DNA of 64,000 nt from Occultella glacieicola (GCF_004353825.1 NZ_SMNA01000009.1:62001-126000); one strand, 5' to 3'; shown: positions 34,214 to 48,687, counted from the stretch's first letter. Program-made: numbers and translations. Notes: generated from the sequence alone by a model not told the origin.

Positions 34214-36292
34214 ATGACCTCACCGACACTCGGCGACAACCCCTTCGCCGCCGCGTCCACGCTTCCCTACGGACTTCCGGACTTCTCCGCGATCCACACC
34301 GAGCACTTCCGGCCCGCCTTCGACGCCGGACTCGCGCAGCAGCGGGCCGAGTGGGAGGCGATCGCCACCGATCCGCAGGCGCCGACGCTGGCGAACACGC
34401 TGGAGGCGCTCGAGGTCTCCGGTCGGTTGCTCGCCCGCGCGCTGACCGTGTTCTACACGCTGGTGAGTTCGGCCGGCACGGATGAGATACGCGAGATCGA
34501 GGCCGAGTACGCGCCGAAGCTCTCCGAGCACCGGGACGCTCTTTACCTCGACCGGCGCATCTTCGCCCGCCTGGAGTCGCTCACCGACGCCGCCACGCAG
34601 GCCGGACCGGAGACGGACTGGCTGCTGCGGACCCACCTGAAGAACTTCGTCCGCGCCGGGATCCGGCTCGACCCCGAGCAGCAGGACCGGCTCCGGGCGC
34701 TGAACGGGGAACTCACCTCCCTGGAGACGGAGTTCTCCCAGCGCGTGGTCAGGGGCATGGAGGCGGCCGCCGTCACCGTCACCGACCCGGCCCAGCTGGA
34801 CGGACTCGCGCCGGACGCCGTCTCCGCGCTGGCCCAGGCCGCCACGGACCGGGACGCCGAGGGTTACCTGATCACCCTGCAGCTGCCCACGCCCCAGGCC
34901 GTAGTGGGGCAGAGCCCCAACCGGGACCTCCGCCGTCGGGTGTTCGAGGCCTCGACCGGCCGCGGGACCGGAACCGACCCCGACTCCGACACCCGCCGGG
35001 TGATCCTCGACCTGGCCCGCAAGCGCGCCGAGCGGGCCCGCCTGCTCGGCTACGCCCACCACGCTGCCTACGTGGCCGAGGACGGCACCGCGGCCACCAC
35101 CGAGGCCGTGAACGAGATGCTCGGCCGGCTCGCCGGGCCGGCGGTGCGCAACGCCCGCGCCGAGGCGGGCGACCTGCAGAGCGCGCTCGCTGCCGACGAG
35201 CCGGGTGCCGAGCTGGCGCCGTGGGACTGGTCGCTGTACGCCGACCGGGTCCGCCAGCAGAGGTTCGCGTTCGACGAGGGCGAACTGCGCCCCTACCTCG
35301 AACTCGAACGCGTCGTCACCGACGGCGTGTTCTTCGCCGCGAACGCGATCTACGGCCTCGAGTTCACCGAACGCACGGACCTCACCGGCTACGCCGACGG
35401 GGTCCGCGTGTTCGAGGTCAGGGAGGCGGACGGAACCGCGCTGGGGCTGTTCGTCGCCGACTACTACGCTCGTGAGGGCAAGCGCGGCGGCGCCTGGATG
35501 CACAACCTGGTCGACCAGTCCGACCTGCTCGGCCTGCCGCCGGTCGTCGTCAACAACCTCAACGTCACCCGGCCGGCCGCAGGCGAGCCGACGTTGCTCA
35601 CCTGGGACGAGGTCATCACCGCGTTCCACGAGTTCGGGCACGCCCTGCACGGTCTGTTCTCGCGGGTGCGCTACCCGTCCCTGTCCGGGACCAATGTGCC
35701 GAGGGACTTCGTCGAGTACCCGTCCCAGGTCAACGAGATGTGGGCCTGGCACCCGACGGTGCTCGCCAACTTCGCCCGGCACCACCGCACCTCCGAGCCG
35801 CTCGACGCCGCGACCCTGGACCAGTTGCGGGCTTCGCAGGCCTACGGGGAGGGCTTCGCCACCACCGAGTACCTGGCCGCCGCGCTGCTCGACCAGGCCT
35901 GGCACCAGATCACCCCCGAGGAGGTGCCCGACGACGTCGCCGGGGTGGAGGCGTTCGAGGCCGCCGCCCTCGAACGGGCCGGGGTGGCGTACCCGCTGGT
36001 GCCGCCGCGGTACCGGTCCACGTACTTCAACCACACGTTCGGCGGCGGCTACGACGCCGGTTACTACTCCTACATCTGGAGCGAGGTCCTGGACGCGGAC
36101 ACGGTCGACTGGTTCGCCGAGGAGGCCGCCAAGGACGGCGACGGGGGCCTGAACCGGGCCGCGGGGGACACCTTCCGGGCGAAGCTGCTCTCCCGTGGGC
36201 ATGCCCAGGACCCGCTGCAGTCCTACCGGGACCTGCGCGGCCGGGACGCCGTGATCGACCCGCTGCTCAAGCGCCGGGGACTCGGCGAATGA
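34214..36292 (+). CDS. dcp: M3 family peptidyl-dipeptidase Dcp
   Basis: GKRGGAWM, FHEFGHALH, RDFVEYPSQ and AGYYSYIWSE. Confidence 0.93.
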   Translation: MTSPTLGDNPFAAASTLPYGLPDFSAIHTEHFRPAFDAGLAQQRAEWEAIATDPQAPTLANTLEALEVSGRLLARALTVFYTLVSSAGTDEIREIEAEYAPKLSEHRDALYLDRRIFARLESLTDAATQAGPETDWLLRTHLKNFVRAGIRLDPEQQDRLRALNGELTSLETEFSQRVVRGMEAAAVTVTDPAQLDGLAPDAVSALAQAATDRDAEGYLITLQLPTPQAVVGQSPNRDLRRRVFEASTGRGTGTDPDSDTRRVILDLARKRAERARLLGYAHHAAYVAEDGTAATTEAVNEMLGRLAGPAVRNARAEAGDLQSALAADEPGAELAPWDWSLYADRVRQQRFAFDEGELRPYLELERVVTDGVFFAANAIYGLEFTERTDLTGYADGVRVFEVREADGTALGLFVADYYAREGKRGGAWMHNLVDQSDLLGLPPVVVNNLNVTRPAAGEPTLLTWDEVITAFHEFGHALHGLFSRVRYPSLSGTNVPRDFVEYPSQVNEMWAWHPTVLANFARHHRTSEPLDAATLDQLRASQAYGEGFATTEYLAAALLDQAWHQITPEEVPDDVAGVEAFEAAALERAGVAYPLVPPRYRSTYFNHTFGGGYDAGYYSYIWSEVLDADTVDWFAEEAAKDGDGGLNRAAGDTFRAKLLSRGHAQDPLQSYRDLRGRDAVIDPLLKRRGLGE

Positions 36293-37614
36293 ACACCCCG
36301 GACCCGGTGAGCGCCGCGGAACTGGACGCGGTGGCGATCTGCCGCGCCCTGATCCGCATCGACTCCTCCAACTACGGCGACGGCAGCGGCCCGGGGGAAC
36401 GCGAGGCCGCTGAGTACGTCATGGGCCTGCTCACCGAGGTCGGCTACGACCCTGAGTACTTCGAGTCCGCGGACCGTCGCGGCAACGTGGTCCTGCGGAT
36501 CCCGGGCACCGACCCGAGCCGGCCGGCGCTGGTGCTGCACGGGCACACCGACGTGGTCCCCGCCCAGGCGTCCGACTGGAAGATGGACCCGTTCGGCGGC
36601 GAGGAGATGGACGGCATGATCTGGGGCCGTGGCGCCGTGGACATGAAGGACATGGACGCCATGATCCTGGCCGTGCTCCGGGACATGAAGCGTTCGGGCT
36701 GGCAGCCGCCCCGGGACCTGATCGTCGCGTTCTTCGCCGACGAGGAGGCGGGCGGCACCTACGGGGCGCGGTACGCCGTCGACGAGCGTCCCGACCTGTT
36801 CGAGGGCGCCACCGAGGCGATCAGCGAGGTCGGCGGGTACAGCGTCGAGCTGAACGGCCGCCGGGCCTACCTGCTGCAGACCGCGGAGAAGGGCCTGCTC
36901 TGGCTCAGGCTGATCGCCGACGGCACCGCGGGGCACGGATCGCAGGTCAACACCGACAACGCGGTCACCCGGCTGGCCGGGGCGGTGTCGCGGATCGGGG
37001 CGCACTCGTTCGGGCGCAGCCTCTCGCCCACGGTGGCGGCACTGCTCGACGGCGTCGCGCAGCTGACCGGGATCCCGTTCGATCCGCAGGACGAGGGTTC
37101 GGTCGACGCGCTCGTCGCGGCGCTCGGTCCGGCGAGCAAGTTCGTCGGGGCCACGCTCGCGACGAATGCCAACCCGACCCAGCTCGGCGCCGGGTACAAG
37201 GCGAACGTGATCCCCGGCAGCGCCGAGGCGGTCATCGACGTCCGGTTCCTGCCCGGGCAGGAGGACGCGACCATGGCGACCCTGACCGAGCTGGCCGGGC
37301 CGGGGATCCGGTTCGAGGACGTGCAGCGCAACATCGCCCTCGAGGTGCCGTTCGCCGGTGACCTGGTGGACGCGATGGTCGCCGCGATCGACGTCGAGGA
37401 CCCGGGTGCGGTCGTGCTGCCGTACATGCTCAGCGGCGGCACGGACAACAAGTCCCTCGCCCGGCTGGGCATCACCGGCTACGGCTTCGCGCCGCTGCAG
37501 TTGCCGCCGGAGCTCGACTTCGCGGGCATGTTCCACGGCGTCGACGAGCGGGTGCCGGTCTCGTCCGTGCAGTTCGGGGTCCGGGTCCTGACCCGGCTGC
37601 TGCGGACCTGCTGA
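36289..37614 (+). CDS. M20/M25/M40 family metallo-hydrolase
   Basis: HGHTDVVP, GRGAVDMK, ADEEAGG and FHGVDER. Confidence 0.93.
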   Translation: MNTPDPVSAAELDAVAICRALIRIDSSNYGDGSGPGEREAAEYVMGLLTEVGYDPEYFESADRRGNVVLRIPGTDPSRPALVLHGHTDVVPAQASDWKMDPFGGEEMDGMIWGRGAVDMKDMDAMILAVLRDMKRSGWQPPRDLIVAFFADEEAGGTYGARYAVDERPDLFEGATEAISEVGGYSVELNGRRAYLLQTAEKGLLWLRLIADGTAGHGSQVNTDNAVTRLAGAVSRIGAHSFGRSLSPTVAALLDGVAQLTGIPFDPQDEGSVDALVAALGPASKFVGATLATNANPTQLGAGYKANVIPGSAEAVIDVRFLPGQEDATMATLTELAGPGIRFEDVQRNIALEVPFAGDLVDAMVAAIDVEDPGAVVLPYMLSGGTDNKSLARLGITGYGFAPLQLPPELDFAGMFHGVDERVPVSSVQFGVRVLTRLLRTC

Positions 37615-37634
37615 GCCCGGTCGTCCGGACGGGC

Positions 37635-37871
37635 CTACAGGGTGCTGGCCACCTTGATGATCCGGCGCCGCAGCCACACCTTGCGCATGCCGCCGACGTA
37701 CAGCCGGAGCCGGGCCAGTTCCCAGCGTCCGTATTCCGCCTCGTCGGTCAGCAGCCGGCGCACGTCGTGGCGGCTGGTGGTGCGGGGAAGGGTCAGTTCC
37801 CGGAACTCGTACTGGGAGGCGTGGCTGGGTCGTGCTTGCTTGGTCGACTGCTTGGGTGCTGCGGACTCCAT
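37635..37871 (-). CDS. DUF5703 family small protein
   Basis: YEFRELTLPR...LTDEAEYGRWELARLRLY..G.RKVWLRRR. Confidence 0.8.
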   Translation of the reverse strand: MESAAPKQSTKQARPSHASQYEFRELTLPRTTSRHDVRRLLTDEAEYGRWELARLRLYVGGMRKVWLRRRIIKVASTL

Positions 37872-37942
37872 CCGCACAGCGTAGGCGAGAAGTTCACGAT
37901 TTTGCGGTGTCATTCGCCGGTGTTGACCGCTACGGTCAGCAC

Positions 37943-38233
37943 ATGGCTACCGAACCTCGCGCAGCACTGGACCGGCTCACCGCTGCCTTCGAGGCGCACC
38001 TGGACGCCGTCGCATCCGCCGGCGACGACAATTCGCCGGCCGTGATCGCGGCCACCAACACCCTCGCCGACGCGTTCGAGACCTACGACGAGGCCCTCTA
38101 CGACGCCCACGGCGTCGACACCCCGTTCGTGGTCTACGACGGCGAGGACGACGAGGACGAGGACTTCGACGACTTCGACGACGAGGACGAGGACGAGGGC
38201 GACGACGAGCTGGACGGCGACGACGAGGAGTAG
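37943..38233 (+). CDS. Conserved hypothetical protein with highly acidic C-terminal tail
   Basis: MATEPRAALDRL...AFETYDEALYD...TPF followed by a D/E tract; -10 TACGGT 6 nt upstream. Confidence 0.8.
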   Translation: MATEPRAALDRLTAAFEAHLDAVASAGDDNSPAVIAATNTLADAFETYDEALYDAHGVDTPFVVYDGEDDEDEDFDDFDDEDEDEGDDELDGDDEE

Positions 38234-38275
38234 ACCGGCAGGGCCCGACGGCGCCCGCTCAGCAGGTGCGCGCCG

Positions 38276-39229
38276 TCACCGTCGTTCGGGGTAGCCGTAC
38301 GACGGTGCGGTGACCTCGTCCAGCACTGCGCGGATCTGATCGGGCAGGGCCAGGTCGACCGCCGCGAGCGTGCCCCGCAGTTGCGCGGGGGTGCGGGCGC
38401 CCACGATCGCGCTCGCGACGCCGTCGACGTCCCGCGCCCAGGCCAGCGCCACCTCCACCGGCGCGCGTCCGAGACCGTCGGCGGCGGTGGCGACCGCCTC
38501 GACCACCCCACGCGCCTCGAGGGTCAGGTACGGGTCCACGAACCCGCGCAGGTGCGGCGACGCCGCCCGCGAGTCCGCCGGGACCGACCGCCGGTACTTG
38601 CCGCTCAGGACCCCCCGCCCGAGCGGGGACCAGGCCAGCACCCCGACCCCGAGTTCCCGGGCCGCCGGCAGCACCTCGCGTTCGATCCCCCGCTCGAGCA
38701 GCGAGTACTCCATCTGAGCGGCCGTGCAGAACGTGTCGTCCGCCTCCAGCAGGGTGGCCATCCGGGCCACCTGCCAGGCGGGGAAGTTGGACAGGCCCAC
38801 GTAGCGGGTGCGTCCGGACCGGACCGCCTCGCGTAACGCGGAGATCGTCTCCCGGACGGGGGTGGTCGGGTCCGGGGCGCCCACCAGCCAGAGGTCCAGG
38901 TGATCGGTGCCGAGCCGGGCCAGGCTCGCGTCCAGCGTGTCCAGGAGGCTGCGCCGGGAGGCGTCCACCCGACCGTCGCGGACCCCGGCCTTCGAGCACA
39001 GCACCACCTCGTCGCGGTCGACGGTGTCCGCCAGCAGTGCCCCGATCAGCTCCTCGGCCGCACCGTCGGCGTAGGTGGCGGCCGTGTCGAGCAGCGTGCC
39101 GCCCGCATCCAGGAAGACGCGTAACTGCTCGGCCGCCTCGTGCTCGTCCGTGTCACGGCCCCACGTCATCGTGCCGAGGCCGACCGCCGAGACCGTGAGC
39201 CCGCTGCCGCCGACCTGCCGTGACTCCAT
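38276..39229 (-). CDS. Aldo/keto reductase
   Basis: [29 protein letters not shown] and WSPLGRG. Confidence 0.93.
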   Translation of the reverse strand: MESRQVGGSGLTVSAVGLGTMTWGRDTDEHEAAEQLRVFLDAGGTLLDTAATYADGAAEELIGALLADTVDRDEVVLCSKAGVRDGRVDASRRSLLDTLDASLARLGTDHLDLWLVGAPDPTTPVRETISALREAVRSGRTRYVGLSNFPAWQVARMATLLEADDTFCTAAQMEYSLLERGIEREVLPAARELGVGVLAWSPLGRGVLSGKYRRSVPADSRAASPHLRGFVDPYLTLEARGVVEAVATAADGLGRAPVEVALAWARDVDGVASAIVGARTPAQLRGTLAAVDLALPDQIRAVLDEVTAPSYGYPERR

Positions 39230-39269
39230 GGGGCACGAGGCTACCTGCCACGGCGTCTACCCTTGGCGC

Positions 39270-40124
39270 GTGACATGGTGGGAAGCAGTGATCCTGGGTC
39301 TGGTCCAAGGTCTGACCGAGTTCCTCCCGATCTCGTCGTCGGCGCACCTGCGCATCGTCGGTGAGTTGCTGCCCGGTGGCAGCGACCCCGGCGCCGCGTT
39401 CACCGCCATCACGCAGATCGGTACCGAAGCGGCGGTGATCCTCTACTTCCGGCGCGACTTCGCCCGGATCATCGGCCGGTGGTTCCAGGCGCTGCCGGTG
39501 GGGCCATGGCGGAACCAGGTGCCGACCTCGGACCCGGACGCCCGGATGGGGTGGTTCATCATCCTCGGGTCCATCCCGATCGTCGTCCTGGGCCTGCTGT
39601 TCAAGGACGCGATCGAGCACGCACTGCGCAACCTCTACCTGACGGCGCTCATGCTGGCCCTGTTCGCGCTGATCCTCGGCTTCGCCGACGCGCGGGGTGC
39701 GAAGACCCGCACACTGGACACCCTGACGATGAAGCACGCCTGGCTATTCGGGTTCGCCCAGGCGCTCGCGCTCGTCCCGGGCGTCTCCCGGTCCGGTGGC
39801 ACGATCACCGCCGGGCTGCTGATGGGGTACACCCGCGAGGCCGCCGCGCGGTACTCGTTCCTGCTCGCGGTGCCGGCCGTCCTCGGCTCGGGGTTCTACC
39901 AGCTCGTCAGGAGCGGCGGCACCGGGGGAGCCGCGGGGTTCGGCGCGACCGCGCTGGCGACCGTGATCGCGTTCGCGGTCGGGTACGTCGTGATCATCGC
40001 GTTCCTGAAGATCGTCTCGACATACTCCTACAAGCCGTTCGTGTACTACCGGATCGGGCTCGCCGCGCTGGTCGTCGTGTTGCTCGTCACAGGCGTGCTC
40101 GAGCCGCTCCCGCCCACCGGATAG
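39270..40124 (+). CDS. uppP: Undecaprenyl-diphosphate phosphatase
   Basis: [18 protein letters not shown] and PGVSRSG. Confidence 0.95.
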   Translation: MTWWEAVILGLVQGLTEFLPISSSAHLRIVGELLPGGSDPGAAFTAITQIGTEAAVILYFRRDFARIIGRWFQALPVGPWRNQVPTSDPDARMGWFIILGSIPIVVLGLLFKDAIEHALRNLYLTALMLALFALILGFADARGAKTRTLDTLTMKHAWLFGFAQALALVPGVSRSGGTITAGLLMGYTREAAARYSFLLAVPAVLGSGFYQLVRSGGTGGAAGFGATALATVIAFAVGYVVIIAFLKIVSTYSYKPFVYYRIGLAALVVVLLVTGVLEPLPPTG

Positions 40125-40133
40125 GGTGAGCGG

Positions 40134-41369
40134 GTGCAGTCATGGCCCGCCCCCCGCATTCCTGAACTCCCCGGTCGCGGCCCGGGCCTGAGCCTGACCG
40201 ACACCGCGACCGGTGCCCGGACGGAGCCGACGGACGACGGCGTGGGCCGGCTGTACGTGTGCGGCATCACCCCGTACGACTCGACCCATCTGGGGCACGC
40301 GTTCACCTACGTCACCTTCGACCTGATCGGGCGCGTGTGGCGCGACGCCGGCGTGGACGTGCGGTACGCGCAGAACATCACCGACGTGGACGACCCCCTG
40401 CTCGAGCGGGCCACCGAGACCGGCGTCGACTGGCGTGACCTCGCCGACGACCAGGTGGACCTGTTCCGCGGTGACATGGCGGCCCTGCGGGTGATCCCGC
40501 CGGACCACTACGTGGGCGTCGTCGAATCGATCGGCCTCGTCGTCGACGCGGTCGAGCGGCTCGTCGAGGCCGGTGCCGCCTACCGGGTGGACGCCGACGT
40601 GTACGCCGACCTGAGCGCCGACGCCGCGTTCGGAGGTGTCGGCCACCTGGACCACACGCAGATGGACGAACTGTTCGCCGAGCGCGGCGGCGACCCGGAA
40701 CGGCCCGGCAAGCGGCACCCGCTCGACCCGCTGCTCTGGCGCGGGCGGCGCGACGGTGAACCTCACTGGGACGGCCGCAGCCTCGGCGAGGGCCGGCCCG
40801 GCTGGCACATCGAGTGCGCGGCCATCGCCGCCAGCCACCTCGGCCTCCCGGTGACAGTGCAGGGCGGCGGGACGGACCTGATCTTCCCGCACCACGAGAT
40901 GAGCACGAGCCACCTGCGTCTGCTCAGCAACGGCACCGGCGGCAGCGAGCCGATCCGGGCGTTCGTACACTCGGGCCTGGTCGGCTACCAGGGCCACAAG
41001 ATGAGCAAATCCCGCGGCAACCTCGTGTTCGTTTCCGCCCTCACGGCCGACGGCGTGGCGCCCGGCGCGATCCGGCTCACCCTGCTCGCGCACCACTACC
41101 GCGAGGACTGGGAGTTCACCGAGGCCGATCTGGCCGCCGGTGCGACCCGGTACCAGGCCTGGCGGTCGGCCGCGGCCCGGCCGGCCGCGGACGCGGACCC
41201 GGACCGTGACCCCGCGTCCGTGCTGCACGCCCTGCGCGCGGCTCTGGCCGACGACCTGGACACCGCCGCAGCGCTCGCCGTCGTGGACGCCTGGGCACGG
41301 ACCGGCTCGGCCGTGGACGCCGTGGTGATCGACGCCGTCGACGCCCTCCTCGGCGTGGACCTGCGCTAG
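40134..41369 (+). CDS. mshC: Cysteine:GlcN-Ins ligase (mycothiol biosynthesis)
   Basis: MQSW start, [24 protein letters not shown] and KMSKS. Confidence 0.95.
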   Translation: MQSWPAPRIPELPGRGPGLSLTDTATGARTEPTDDGVGRLYVCGITPYDSTHLGHAFTYVTFDLIGRVWRDAGVDVRYAQNITDVDDPLLERATETGVDWRDLADDQVDLFRGDMAALRVIPPDHYVGVVESIGLVVDAVERLVEAGAAYRVDADVYADLSADAAFGGVGHLDHTQMDELFAERGGDPERPGKRHPLDPLLWRGRRDGEPHWDGRSLGEGRPGWHIECAAIAASHLGLPVTVQGGGTDLIFPHHEMSTSHLRLLSNGTGGSEPIRAFVHSGLVGYQGHKMSKSRGNLVFVSALTADGVAPGAIRLTLLAHHYREDWEFTEADLAAGATRYQAWRSAAARPAADADPDRDPASVLHALRAALADDLDTAAALAVVDAWARTGSAVDAVVIDAVDALLGVDLR

Positions 41370-41386
41370 GCGTGGACCTGCGCTAG
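41353..41386. repeat. Perfect 17-bp tandem duplication at the mshC/PAC2 convergent junction
   Basis: GCGTGGACCTGCGCTAG at 41353-41369 and 41370-41386. Confidence 0.95.
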
Positions 41387-42285
41387 CTGCCCGCGACCGG
41401 TCCGCCGCCGGTGTCCCGGCGGCGCAGGTACCGCTCGAACTCACGGGCGATCGCCTCACCGCTGGCCTCGGGCAGCTCCGCGGTGTCCTTGGCCTCCTCG
41501 AGCTGGCGCACGTACTCGGCCACCTCCGGATCGTCCTGCGCGAGCTCGTCGACCCCGAGCTGCCAGGCCTTCGCGTCCTCCGCGAGCTCACCGACCGGTG
41601 CGGGTTCGCCGAGGAACTCCTCGAGCGCCATGAGGATCGCCAGCGTCGCCTTCGGCGACGGTGGCTGGGCCACGTAGTGGGGCACCGCGGCCCAGACGTT
41701 GAGGGTGTGGATGCCGCGTTCGTACGCCAGCTGCGCGAGCACGCCGACGATGCCGGTCGGGCCCTCGTAGTCGCTGCCCTCGACCCCGAGCAGGGCCTGC
41801 ACGGTCGGGTCCTCGGAGGAGGTCTGTACCGGGATCGGCCGGGTGTGCGGCACGTCCGCGAGCAGCGCGCCGAGGCACACCACGGTCCGCACCCCGAGCT
41901 CCTCGGCAGCGTCGAGGATCTGGTTGCAGTACGCCCGCCAGCGCATCGACGGCTCCACGCCCTGGACCAGCACGATCCGGCGCCCGGTCGACGGGCCGAC
42001 CGTCACCGAGACCGTCGTGGACGGCCAGGTCAGGGTCCGCCCACCGGTGCCGTCCGGGCCGACCACCGGCCGGTTCACCTGGAAGTCGTGGAACTCGTCC
42101 GGGTCAAGGGTCCGGTGGGTGCGGGAGCCCCAACTGTCGGCGATCTGCGCGAGGGCGGAGGTGGCCGAACTGCCCGCATCGTTCCAGCCCTCGAAGGCAG
42201 CGACCAGCATCGCGGGCGGGACCTCGGGGGCCTGCTCGTCCTGCGACTGCTCGTCCGGTTCGCGGTGGCGCGGGGAACTACTCAC
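41383..42285 (-). CDS. PAC2 family (proteasome assembly chaperone-like) protein
   Basis: AAFEGWNDAG, DFQVNRP, EPSMRW, ADVPHTRP and WAAVPHY. Confidence 0.92.
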   Translation of the reverse strand: MSSSPRHREPDEQSQDEQAPEVPPAMLVAAFEGWNDAGSSATSALAQIADSWGSRTHRTLDPDEFHDFQVNRPVVGPDGTGGRTLTWPSTTVSVTVGPSTGRRIVLVQGVEPSMRWRAYCNQILDAAEELGVRTVVCLGALLADVPHTRPIPVQTSSEDPTVQALLGVEGSDYEGPTGIVGVLAQLAYERGIHTLNVWAAVPHYVAQPPSPKATLAILMALEEFLGEPAPVGELAEDAKAWQLGVDELAQDDPEVAEYVRQLEEAKDTAELPEASGEAIAREFERYLRRRDTGGGPVAGS

Positions 42286-42370
42286 CGTCCTACCCTACGG
42301 GAGGTGAACGGTCTCCCCGCGGGCCGCCCGGCGTCCGAACGCGGCGACGCGCTGGGTAGACTTGCTGACC

Positions 42371-43046
42371 GTGCCCCCAGCCTCCACCACCGTGCTCTCC
42401 GCCGTCCTGTGGGACATGGACGGCACCATCGTCGACACCGAGCCGTACTGGATCGGGGCCGAGATCGACCTCGCCACCGAGCACGGCGGCACCTGGGACG
42501 AGAGCCTCGCCGTCGAACTCGTCGGCAGCCCGCTCGAGTCCAGCGCGGCCCTGCTGCGCGAGCGTGCCGGGATCCGCGGAACGGACGCCGAGATCATCGA
42601 CGAGCTGCTCTCCCGGGTCGTCCGCCGGGTCCGCGAGGAGGGCGTCCCGTGGCGTCCGGGCGCCCTCGAGCTCCTCGCCGAGCTGGGCGCCGCCGGCGTC
42701 CCGTGCGCGCTCGTGACGATGTCGTGGCAGGCGCTCGCGGACGTGATCCTCGCCGCCCTGCCCGCGGACACGTTCGCGGCCGTGGTCACCGGGGACCAGG
42801 TCACCCACGGCAAGCCGCACCCCGAGCCGTACCTGCGCGCCGCCCGCGACCTAGGCGTGGACATCGCCGCCTGCGTCGCGATCGAGGACTCGATCCCCGG
42901 GATCGCGTCGGCGGAGGCATCCGGGGCCCGGGTCCTCGCGGTGCCGGCCGTGCAGCCGATCGTCGCGGCGCCGGGCCGGAGCCGGTTCGCCAGCCTGGCC
43001 GACGTCGACCTCGACCTGCTGCGGCGGATCGTCGCCGGAGAGGTCC

Positions 43047-43069
<23 letters not shown>
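42371..43069 (+). CDS. HAD family hydrolase
   Basis: WDMDGTIVDTEPYW, GKPHPEPY and IEDS. Confidence 0.92.
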
Positions 43070-45247
<2,178 letters not shown>

Positions 45248-45279
45248 CCTATTCTGGTCCCAGCGGCGAGGAGGGTCCG

Positions 45280-46944
45280 ATGGTCGAGCAGAACGAGGTT
45301 CCGGGGCGGGTGTCGCCCACCCCTCGCGAGCGTGAGCTGGAGAAGAAGGCCATCGATCTGGCCGGCAAGAACGAGCGGCTCGTCACCGCGCTGACGTCCG
45401 CGCGCTCGCAGCTGGTGGAGATGCGGACCCAGCTCGAGGAGATGACCAAGCCGCCCGGCAGTTACGCCATCCACCTGCACGACCACGGCGACCGCACCGT
45501 GGACGTGATGTCCTCCGGTCGCAAGCTCCGCGTGGGGGTGGCCCCGAGCGTGGACATCGCCGGGCTGCGGCCCGGTCAGGAGGTCCAGCTCAACGAGGCG
45601 ATGACCGTGGTCGCCGCGGGCGGGTACGAGCCGGTCGGTGAGCTGGTCACCGTCAAGGAGGCGCTCGACGGCGGACGCGTCCTGGTCCTCGGGCGCGCCG
45701 ATGAGGAACGGGTGGTCCGCCTCGCCGGTCCGCTGCAGGACGTCACCGTGCGCGTCGGGGACACCCTGACCGTGGACTCCCGCACCGGCTTCGCGTTCGA
45801 GCGGATCCCACGTTCGGAGGTCGAGGACCTCATGCTCGAGGAGGTCCCGGACGTCGACTACGCCGACATCGGCGGACTCTCGGCGCAGATCGAGCAGATC
45901 AAGGACGCGGTCGAGCTGCCGTTCCTGCACCCCGACCTGTTCCGTGAGCACGGGCTGAAGCCGCCGAAGGGCCTGCTCCTGTACGGCCCGCCCGGCTGCG
46001 GCAAGACCCTGATCGCGAAGGCCGTGGCGACCTCGCTGGCCGAGACCGCCGCCGCCCAGGGTGGCGGCGCGGCCCCCGGCGCGGCGCGCAGCTACTTCCT
46101 CAACGTCAAGGGCCCCGAGCTGCTGAACAAGTTCGTCGGCGAGACCGAGCGACACATCCGGCTCATCTTCTCCCGGGCCCGGGAGAAGGCCTCGCAGGGC
46201 ATCCCCGTGGTCGTCTTCTTCGACGAGATGGAGTCCCTGTTCCGCACCCGCGGCACCGGCGTCTCCAGCGACGTCGAGACCACGATCGTGCCGCAGCTGC
46301 TCAGCGAGATCGACGGTGTGGAGCGGCTCGAGAACGTGATCGTGATCGGCGCCTCCAACCGGGAGGACATGATCGACCCGGCCATCCTGCGACCGGGCCG
46401 GCTGGACGTGAAGATCAAGATCGAACGCCCGGACGCCGAGGCGGCCCGTGACATCTTCACGAAGTACCTCACCCCGGACCTGCCGATCCACCCCGACGAC
46501 CTGGCCGAGCACGGCGGGGACCCGAGCGCCGCCGTCGAGGCGATGATCGAGCGGACCGTGGGCCGGATGTACTCCGAGGAGCCCGAGAACCAGTTCCTCG
46601 AGGTCACCTACGCCAGCGGGGACAAGGAGATCCTGTACTTCAAGGACTTCAACTCCGGGGCCGTGGTGCAGAACATCGTGGACCGCGCGAAGAAGAGCGC
46701 CATCAAGGATCTGCTCGCCACCGGTGTGCGGGGGATCCGGGTGGACCACCTCCTGGACGCCTGCATGGCGGAGTTCAAGGAGAGCGAGGACCTCCCGAAC
46801 ACCACCAACCCCGACGACTGGGCCAGGGTCTCCGGTAAGAAGGGGGAGCGGATCGTCTTCATCCGCACGATCGTGCAGAAGAAGGGCACCCCGGAGGCCG
46901 GGCGCACCATCGAGAACCTCAACCCGACGGGGCAGTACCTGTAG
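45280..46944 (+). CDS. arc: Proteasome ATPase ARC/Mpa
   Basis: N-terminal coiled coil, [15 protein letters not shown] and C-terminal GQYL. Confidence 0.97.
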   Translation: MVEQNEVPGRVSPTPRERELEKKAIDLAGKNERLVTALTSARSQLVEMRTQLEEMTKPPGSYAIHLHDHGDRTVDVMSSGRKLRVGVAPSVDIAGLRPGQEVQLNEAMTVVAAGGYEPVGELVTVKEALDGGRVLVLGRADEERVVRLAGPLQDVTVRVGDTLTVDSRTGFAFERIPRSEVEDLMLEEVPDVDYADIGGLSAQIEQIKDAVELPFLHPDLFREHGLKPPKGLLLYGPPGCGKTLIAKAVATSLAETAAAQGGGAAPGAARSYFLNVKGPELLNKFVGETERHIRLIFSRAREKASQGIPVVVFFDEMESLFRTRGTGVSSDVETTIVPQLLSEIDGVERLENVIVIGASNREDMIDPAILRPGRLDVKIKIERPDAEAARDIFTKYLTPDLPIHPDDLAEHGGDPSAAVEAMIERTVGRMYSEEPENQFLEVTYASGDKEILYFKDFNSGAVVQNIVDRAKKSAIKDLLATGVRGIRVDHLLDACMAEFKESEDLPNTTNPDDWARVSGKKGERIVFIRTIVQKKGTPEAGRTIENLNPTGQYL

Positions 46945-46980
46945 GCGGACCGGTCGTTTTGGCACGTCTAGGGTGGGGCC

Positions 46981-48648
46981 GTGACTGTGCGACGCATCAT
47001 GGGCATCGAGACCGAGTACGGCATCCTCGGAATCGGCAACCCCGGCGCGAACCCGATGCTGATGTCCGCCCAGGTCGTCACCGCCTACGCGAACGAGGGG
47101 ATCCACGGCGGCTCCCGGGCCCGCTGGGACTACCAGGACGAGGACCCGCTGCGCGACGCCCGGGGCTGGCGCCTGGACCGGACCTCGGCACACCCGAGCC
47201 AGCTCACCGACGAACCGGGCCGGCCCGCCCCCGACGGCGACGGCGTCGCCGGGGCCCAGGACGTGGACGACGCGAACTGGGCGGGCGTCACCCAGCGGCG
47301 GCGCCCCGCGCCGCAGCCGGAACCGGCCACGGTCGCGAACGTGATCCTGCCCAACGGCGCCCGGTACTACGTCGACCACGCACACCCGGAGTACTCCAGC
47401 CCGGAGGTGACCAACCCGCTCGACGCGGTGCTCTGGGACCGGGCCGGTGAGGAGGTGCTGCTCCGGTCGGCGCGGCTGCTCGCCCAGATCCCGGGCATGC
47501 CCCAGGTGGCGCTCTACAAGAACAACACCGACGGCAAGGGGGCCAGCTACGGCACCCACGAGAACTACCTGGTGGACCGGGACGTGCCGTTCGACGACAT
47601 CATCGACCACCTCACCCCGTTCCTGGTGACCCGGCCGGTGTTCTGCGGGGCCGGCCGGCTCGGTCGTGGGCAGCGCGGCGAACAGAGCGGCTACCAGATC
47701 TCCCAGCGCGCCGACTTCATCGAGAACGAGGTCGGCCTCGAGACGACGCTGCGCCGTCCGATCATCAACACCCGCGACGAACCGCACGCGGACGCGAGCC
47801 GGTACCGGCGCCTGCACGTGATCGTCGGGGACGCGAACATGCACGAGGTGTCCACCTACCTCAAGGTCGGCAGCACGTCGCTGCTGCTCTGGCTGCTCGA
47901 GCAGGGCCAGGTGCCCCTCGAGCTCGGCGCCCTCCGGCTCGCCGACCCGGTCGGCGCCGCCCACGCCGTCAGCCACGACCTCAGTCTGGGTGAGCCGCTC
48001 GACCTCGCCGATGGTCGGCGACTGACCGCCCTGCAGATCCAACGGGTCTACGTGGACGTGCTCACCGCCGCCGTGGCCGCCAACGCCGAACGCACCGGAA
48101 CTCCGGTGGACGAGCAGACCGCCGACGTGCTGGCCCGCTGGTCCAGCCTGATCACCCGACTCGCGGACGCACCCGGATCCTGCGCCCGGGAGGTCGAGTG
48201 GCTCGCGAAGCTGCGGGTCCTGGACGGCATGCGCACCCGGGACGACCTGCCCTGGGACCACCCGCGGCTCGCCGCCCTGGACCTGCAATGGTCCGACCTG
48301 CGGCCCGAACGCGGCATCTACGCGAAGATGGCGGCCGCGGGGGCGGTGGAACGGCTCGTCGACCCGGCCGCCGTCGAGCGTGCCATCACCCACCCGCCCC
48401 AGGACACCCGGGCCTACTTCCGCGGCGAGTCGATCCGCCGGTTCCCGGACGCGATCAGCGCCGCCAACTGGGACGCGATCGTCTTCGACGTGCCGGGGCA
48501 GGCACACCTGCAACGGGTCCCGACGACGGATCCGCTGCGGGGCACCCGGCGGCATGTCGGCGACCTCCTGGACGCACACCACGATGCCGGTTCATTGCTG
48601 CGGGCGCTGACCGCCGTGCCGCCTCCGGAAGGCGGCTCCGCGACGTAG
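46981..48648 (+). CDS. dop: Depupylase/deamidase Dop
   Basis: [26 protein letters not shown] and [17 protein letters not shown]. Confidence 0.96.
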   Translation: MTVRRIMGIETEYGILGIGNPGANPMLMSAQVVTAYANEGIHGGSRARWDYQDEDPLRDARGWRLDRTSAHPSQLTDEPGRPAPDGDGVAGAQDVDDANWAGVTQRRRPAPQPEPATVANVILPNGARYYVDHAHPEYSSPEVTNPLDAVLWDRAGEEVLLRSARLLAQIPGMPQVALYKNNTDGKGASYGTHENYLVDRDVPFDDIIDHLTPFLVTRPVFCGAGRLGRGQRGEQSGYQISQRADFIENEVGLETTLRRPIINTRDEPHADASRYRRLHVIVGDANMHEVSTYLKVGSTSLLLWLLEQGQVPLELGALRLADPVGAAHAVSHDLSLGEPLDLADGRRLTALQIQRVYVDVLTAAVAANAERTGTPVDEQTADVLARWSSLITRLADAPGSCAREVEWLAKLRVLDGMRTRDDLPWDHPRLAALDLQWSDLRPERGIYAKMAAAGAVERLVDPAAVERAITHPPQDTRAYFRGESIRRFPDAISAANWDAIVFDVPGQAHLQRVPTTDPLRGTRRHVGDLLDAHHDAGSLLRALTAVPPPEGGSAT

Positions 48649-48687
48649 GATCGCCAGAGCAGGCGTCAGTGCCACGAGGAGGACATC

